NCBI GenBank assembly: GCA_002633005.1
Contig: NMRA01000089.1
Coordinates: 731,895 to 795,894 of the forward strand
Direction: 5' to 3'
From: Phoronis australis
Lineage: Eukaryota > Animalia > Phoronida
Length of the DNA: 64,000 nucleotides
Part shown: in pieces, positions 62,101 to 64,000 of the stretch
Layout of the letters: every line of letters begins with the position of its first letter
Numbering within the stretch: position 1 is the stretch's first letter
The notes under the pieces: generated by a model
What the model saw: only the letters and a program-made list of their open reading frames with translations
The model's database searches: none
What the model was told of the DNA's origin: nothing
Position numbers and translations under genes: made by a program

Positions 62101-62125
62101 ACCGTGTTTGTCGTACAATGTGTAA
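35126..62125 (+). CDS. MTR: Cobalamin-dependent methionine synthase (MetH type), 29 coding exons
   Basis: Exons 35126-35144 (inferred, MVQADK), 36981-37180, 40553-40642, 41373-41442, 41779-41871, 42271-42437, 43025-43119, 43908-44070, 45023-45090, 45470-45549, 45858-45970, 46982-47122, 47480-47665, 48236-48415, 49202-49318, 49709-49849, 50998-51087, 52135-52233, 52949-53107, 54448-54551, 55313-55501, 55967-56048, 56998-57096, 58052-58127, 58641-58796, 59307-59625, 60185-60353, 61002-61202, 62042-62125. Motifs: [24 protein letters not shown] (Zn), [23 protein letters not shown] (B12), [18 protein letters not shown] (AdoMet domain). AATAAA at 63032-63037. Confidence 0.97.
35232..35323. repeat. 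Tandem duplication, 2 x 46 bp, CpG-rich, at the start of MTR intron 1
   Basis: catgtctggagaaatcgaccgaccaaatcgtgcgtgccgtagcccg followed by catgtttggaaaaatcgaacgatgaaatcacgcgtgccgtagcccg. Confidence 0.8.
35703..36758 (-). mobile_element. Internally deleted Ty3/Gypsy (Mag-like) LTR retrotransposon, antisense in MTR intron 1
   Basis: ~97-bp 5' LTR 36758-36662 (TGT...ACA); PBS-like TGGCGACGAGGAT directly after it; gag N-terminus [25 protein letters not shown] 36423-35680 has IRDRFVCGL, two CCHC knuckles ([28 protein letters not shown]) and protease MEVDSGS. Partial second LTR at 35703-35736. No RT, RNase H or integrase. Confidence 0.88.
37491..38035. mobile_element. Non-autonomous DNA transposon family B (hAT-like), copy 1
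   Basis: Begins tagtgctcaatttggcgacct, has multiple ggcgacct subterminal repeats, and is collinear with 44149-44670. Confidence 0.65.
40046..40297. mobile_element. PIF/Harbinger-like MITE family A, copy 3
   Basis: CTG|gagcctgtttcaagaaaactgacttag ... ctaagtcagtttcgttgaacggtccc|CTG, a 3-bp CWG TSD. Confidence 0.78.
44149..44670. mobile_element. Non-autonomous DNA transposon family B, copy 2
   Basis: cactgctcagtttggtgacct..tgtgtttggcgacctgggaaaaatcccaagtcgccacgaagctgccactg ... ggcgacctgggatttttgcc, homologous to 37491-38035. Confidence 0.65.
50922..50982. repeat. Short tandem repeat (~15-bp gtgtagtgttat-type unit, ~4 copies) next to an MTR splice acceptor
   Basis: tgtgtgtagtgttataggtgtagtgttattggtgtagtgttatgtgtgttgtgttatgtgt. 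Confidence 0.65.
54570..54927. repeat. Minisatellite, ~8 x ~44 bp (aattataggaccttggagggtttaatcattcaggttttatg..), in MTR intron 20
   Basis: Eight degenerate contiguous units immediately after the exon 54448-54551 donor. Confidence 0.88.
55173..55230. repeat. (CA)n/(CG)n microsatellite
   Basis: acacacacacacacgcacacgcgcgcgcacgcacacacacgctcacacacgcacacac. Confidence 0.85.
57130..57322. repeat. C-rich pyrimidine low-complexity tract
   Basis: About 190 nt almost devoid of G. Confidence 0.7.
59750..59845. repeat. (CT)n/CCCT polypyrimidine tract
   Basis: ttctccttctctcaccctctctctctctcctttcccctctccctctc... Confidence 0.75.
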
Positions 62126-64000
62126 CGTACGGCAAGGGAGTAGCAACTACTCCGAGACTCTTCTTTGTTCATTTGTACACACTACTTCCCCTCAAAAGTC
62201 GCTTTTTGGACGGTGATAAAAATGGCAAAATATCAGTGTGTACTTATGTGCTTGTGTGGGCGCATCATTGAGTCCGAAGGAAAGGCGACAATTCTTGCTA
62301 ACAAGGTCAGCAATGATACCTCAAGCCAAGCTGGTATGACCGATTGTTATTTTTTGACCGAATAAGTTTTCAAATTGAAATTAAGGAATTTTTAATTTAA
62401 AATTGATTGCTGTAACCTGTGCTTTTTTGCCAAAACTTATTTTTCGATCTTAAAAGTTCGAAGAAAGCTGTGTCACAGCGAGTGGTAAGCCTGGTCCGTC
62501 AGTCAACAAGTCAGTTGCCAAATGCACGCAGAGTAATATGTGATAAGTGTGGTCAGGGGATTATATTAATTAATTTTGACTGATTGAAATATATTTCGTT
62601 TTCAATTGAGTATCCTTCTATGCATTTCAGATGTCTGCCTTTGAAATCTTAGGTCAAGAGATCTTACCTTACATTCGTTTTAATCTTGATCTGCATTCCT
62701 TGATACTAAACTCAGTCTATTACATTTTTGTGTTTAACTAAATTTAAAATTTTGTGTAACAAAATGATATTTAACAAATATGGGGTGTGTGTATGGATAT
62801 GTCAAGTTCAGCATGCAAGAATGAGTGAGACATGTAAATTTTTCATCTTCACTGTACAGTTGAATTGCGTTACTATGAACCATACCGGGACTTTCTAAAA
62901 CTTTTGTTTTAACTGATTTTTGCTGTAACCAAATCAACTAGTACACAGTGCAGTTGGATTGGGTGTTGTTGAATGGAAGTTAAATGTCACTATTAGTGAT
63001 GTATAATTTCACTTCCTGGAAAAGGTTTGAAAATAAAGTACACTGACTTAAAAATCCTTGTGTTGGTTGTTTAATAGTAGAATGTTTACTTCAAACAGAA
63101 ATACTATCAACAACAAAAAGATGAGACAGTGAACATTGATGTCTTCAATTCACAAAATAGTGACAAAGTCCACAAAGTCACAAACGGATCTTCTATAAAA
63201 GTTAATTTATGAGGTATAAAATTATGAGGTATCAAAATTAAATATAAAATACATCTTCTATTCATTACATAACATTTAGCTGAAACAGAAGTAACAGAAT
63301 AGACAAACATTGGAAATGTATAATTTGCAACCATTTTGTTACCGACAGCACAATCACAAGAGATACGAATGCTGTAAACAACTTGACAGTCACTATAAAG
63401 AGTCGTAGAAATGTGACGGTTCACTTGTCAGCACTGCTAGACTACTACGGTTATTACATGAACACACCCGATGACACGATGTATAGGCGAAGGCACAATG
63501 TGGTTATAGAACCTCACAGCACTAGATAACCACAAATTCAGATTGGCTATCAATTAAGATTATTTAGAACCTTGGTGACAAGTCAACGCATTTAGAAGTA
63601 TATATTTTCATTAGTGAAAGAAGAAACTACTGTAGAATTTGATTTTTGACATATCAAACAGCAACCACTTTCGAAAAAGAAAGGTACATGAATAGCTAAA
63701 TGGCATCAATAAAATGAACAAATTTCGTTTGATAAAAATGTCCAAATAAAATCTCAAAAACAGTTTTCTAAACTACTTTGTTTTATGCATCTTAAAATTT
63801 TGCATAAAAATAATGACAGTTTCATATCTCACCAACAGTTTGAAATAACAGACATCTAATCCACTTCCGCTCCTGGATACCTAACATTATTACACAATTC
63901 TCCTTAAATGCAGCGTTACTGGAGCTGCTGTCATAAGCACAAAATACGAGAAACATACTCATTTTCTGTTGGCTGTAGTCTGTGGTTCAGCACATTCTCT

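Noticed and set aside
35126-62125. U12-type introns, or horizontal transfer of bacterial metH
   Set aside because: No GTATCCTT/ATATCCTT donors seen; the gene is intron-rich and collinear with animal MTR.

Overview
AT-rich eukaryotic (animal, probably marine invertebrate; taxon not determinable) genomic DNA with spliceosomal introns and one 621-nt N gap. I reconstructed five protein-coding genes by hand: (1) an intronless SYNJ2BP/OMP25-like PDZ + tail-anchor gene (+, 2756-3430); (2,3) two RDH11/12/13/14-type short-chain dehydrogenase paralogues head-to-head (-, 14159-6375; +, 14594-20156); (4) syntaxin-5 (-, 32940-27539), head-to-head with (5) cobalamin-dependent methionine synthase MTR (+, 35126-62125, 29 coding exons, one probable GC-AG intron). 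Non-coding DNA holds a deleted Gypsy LTR element (LTR, PBS, gag, protease), several MITE families, a 35-bp P-element-like footprint with an 8-bp TSD, minisatellites, and a ~1.65-kb duplication flanking the gap (probably uncollapsed haplotypes). I cannot demonstrate a new biological system. The best leads are nuclear-receptor DR1/IR1 sites in the promoter shared by the RDH pair, a cofactor-site change in one RDH, and uORFs overlapping the STX5 and MTR start codons.
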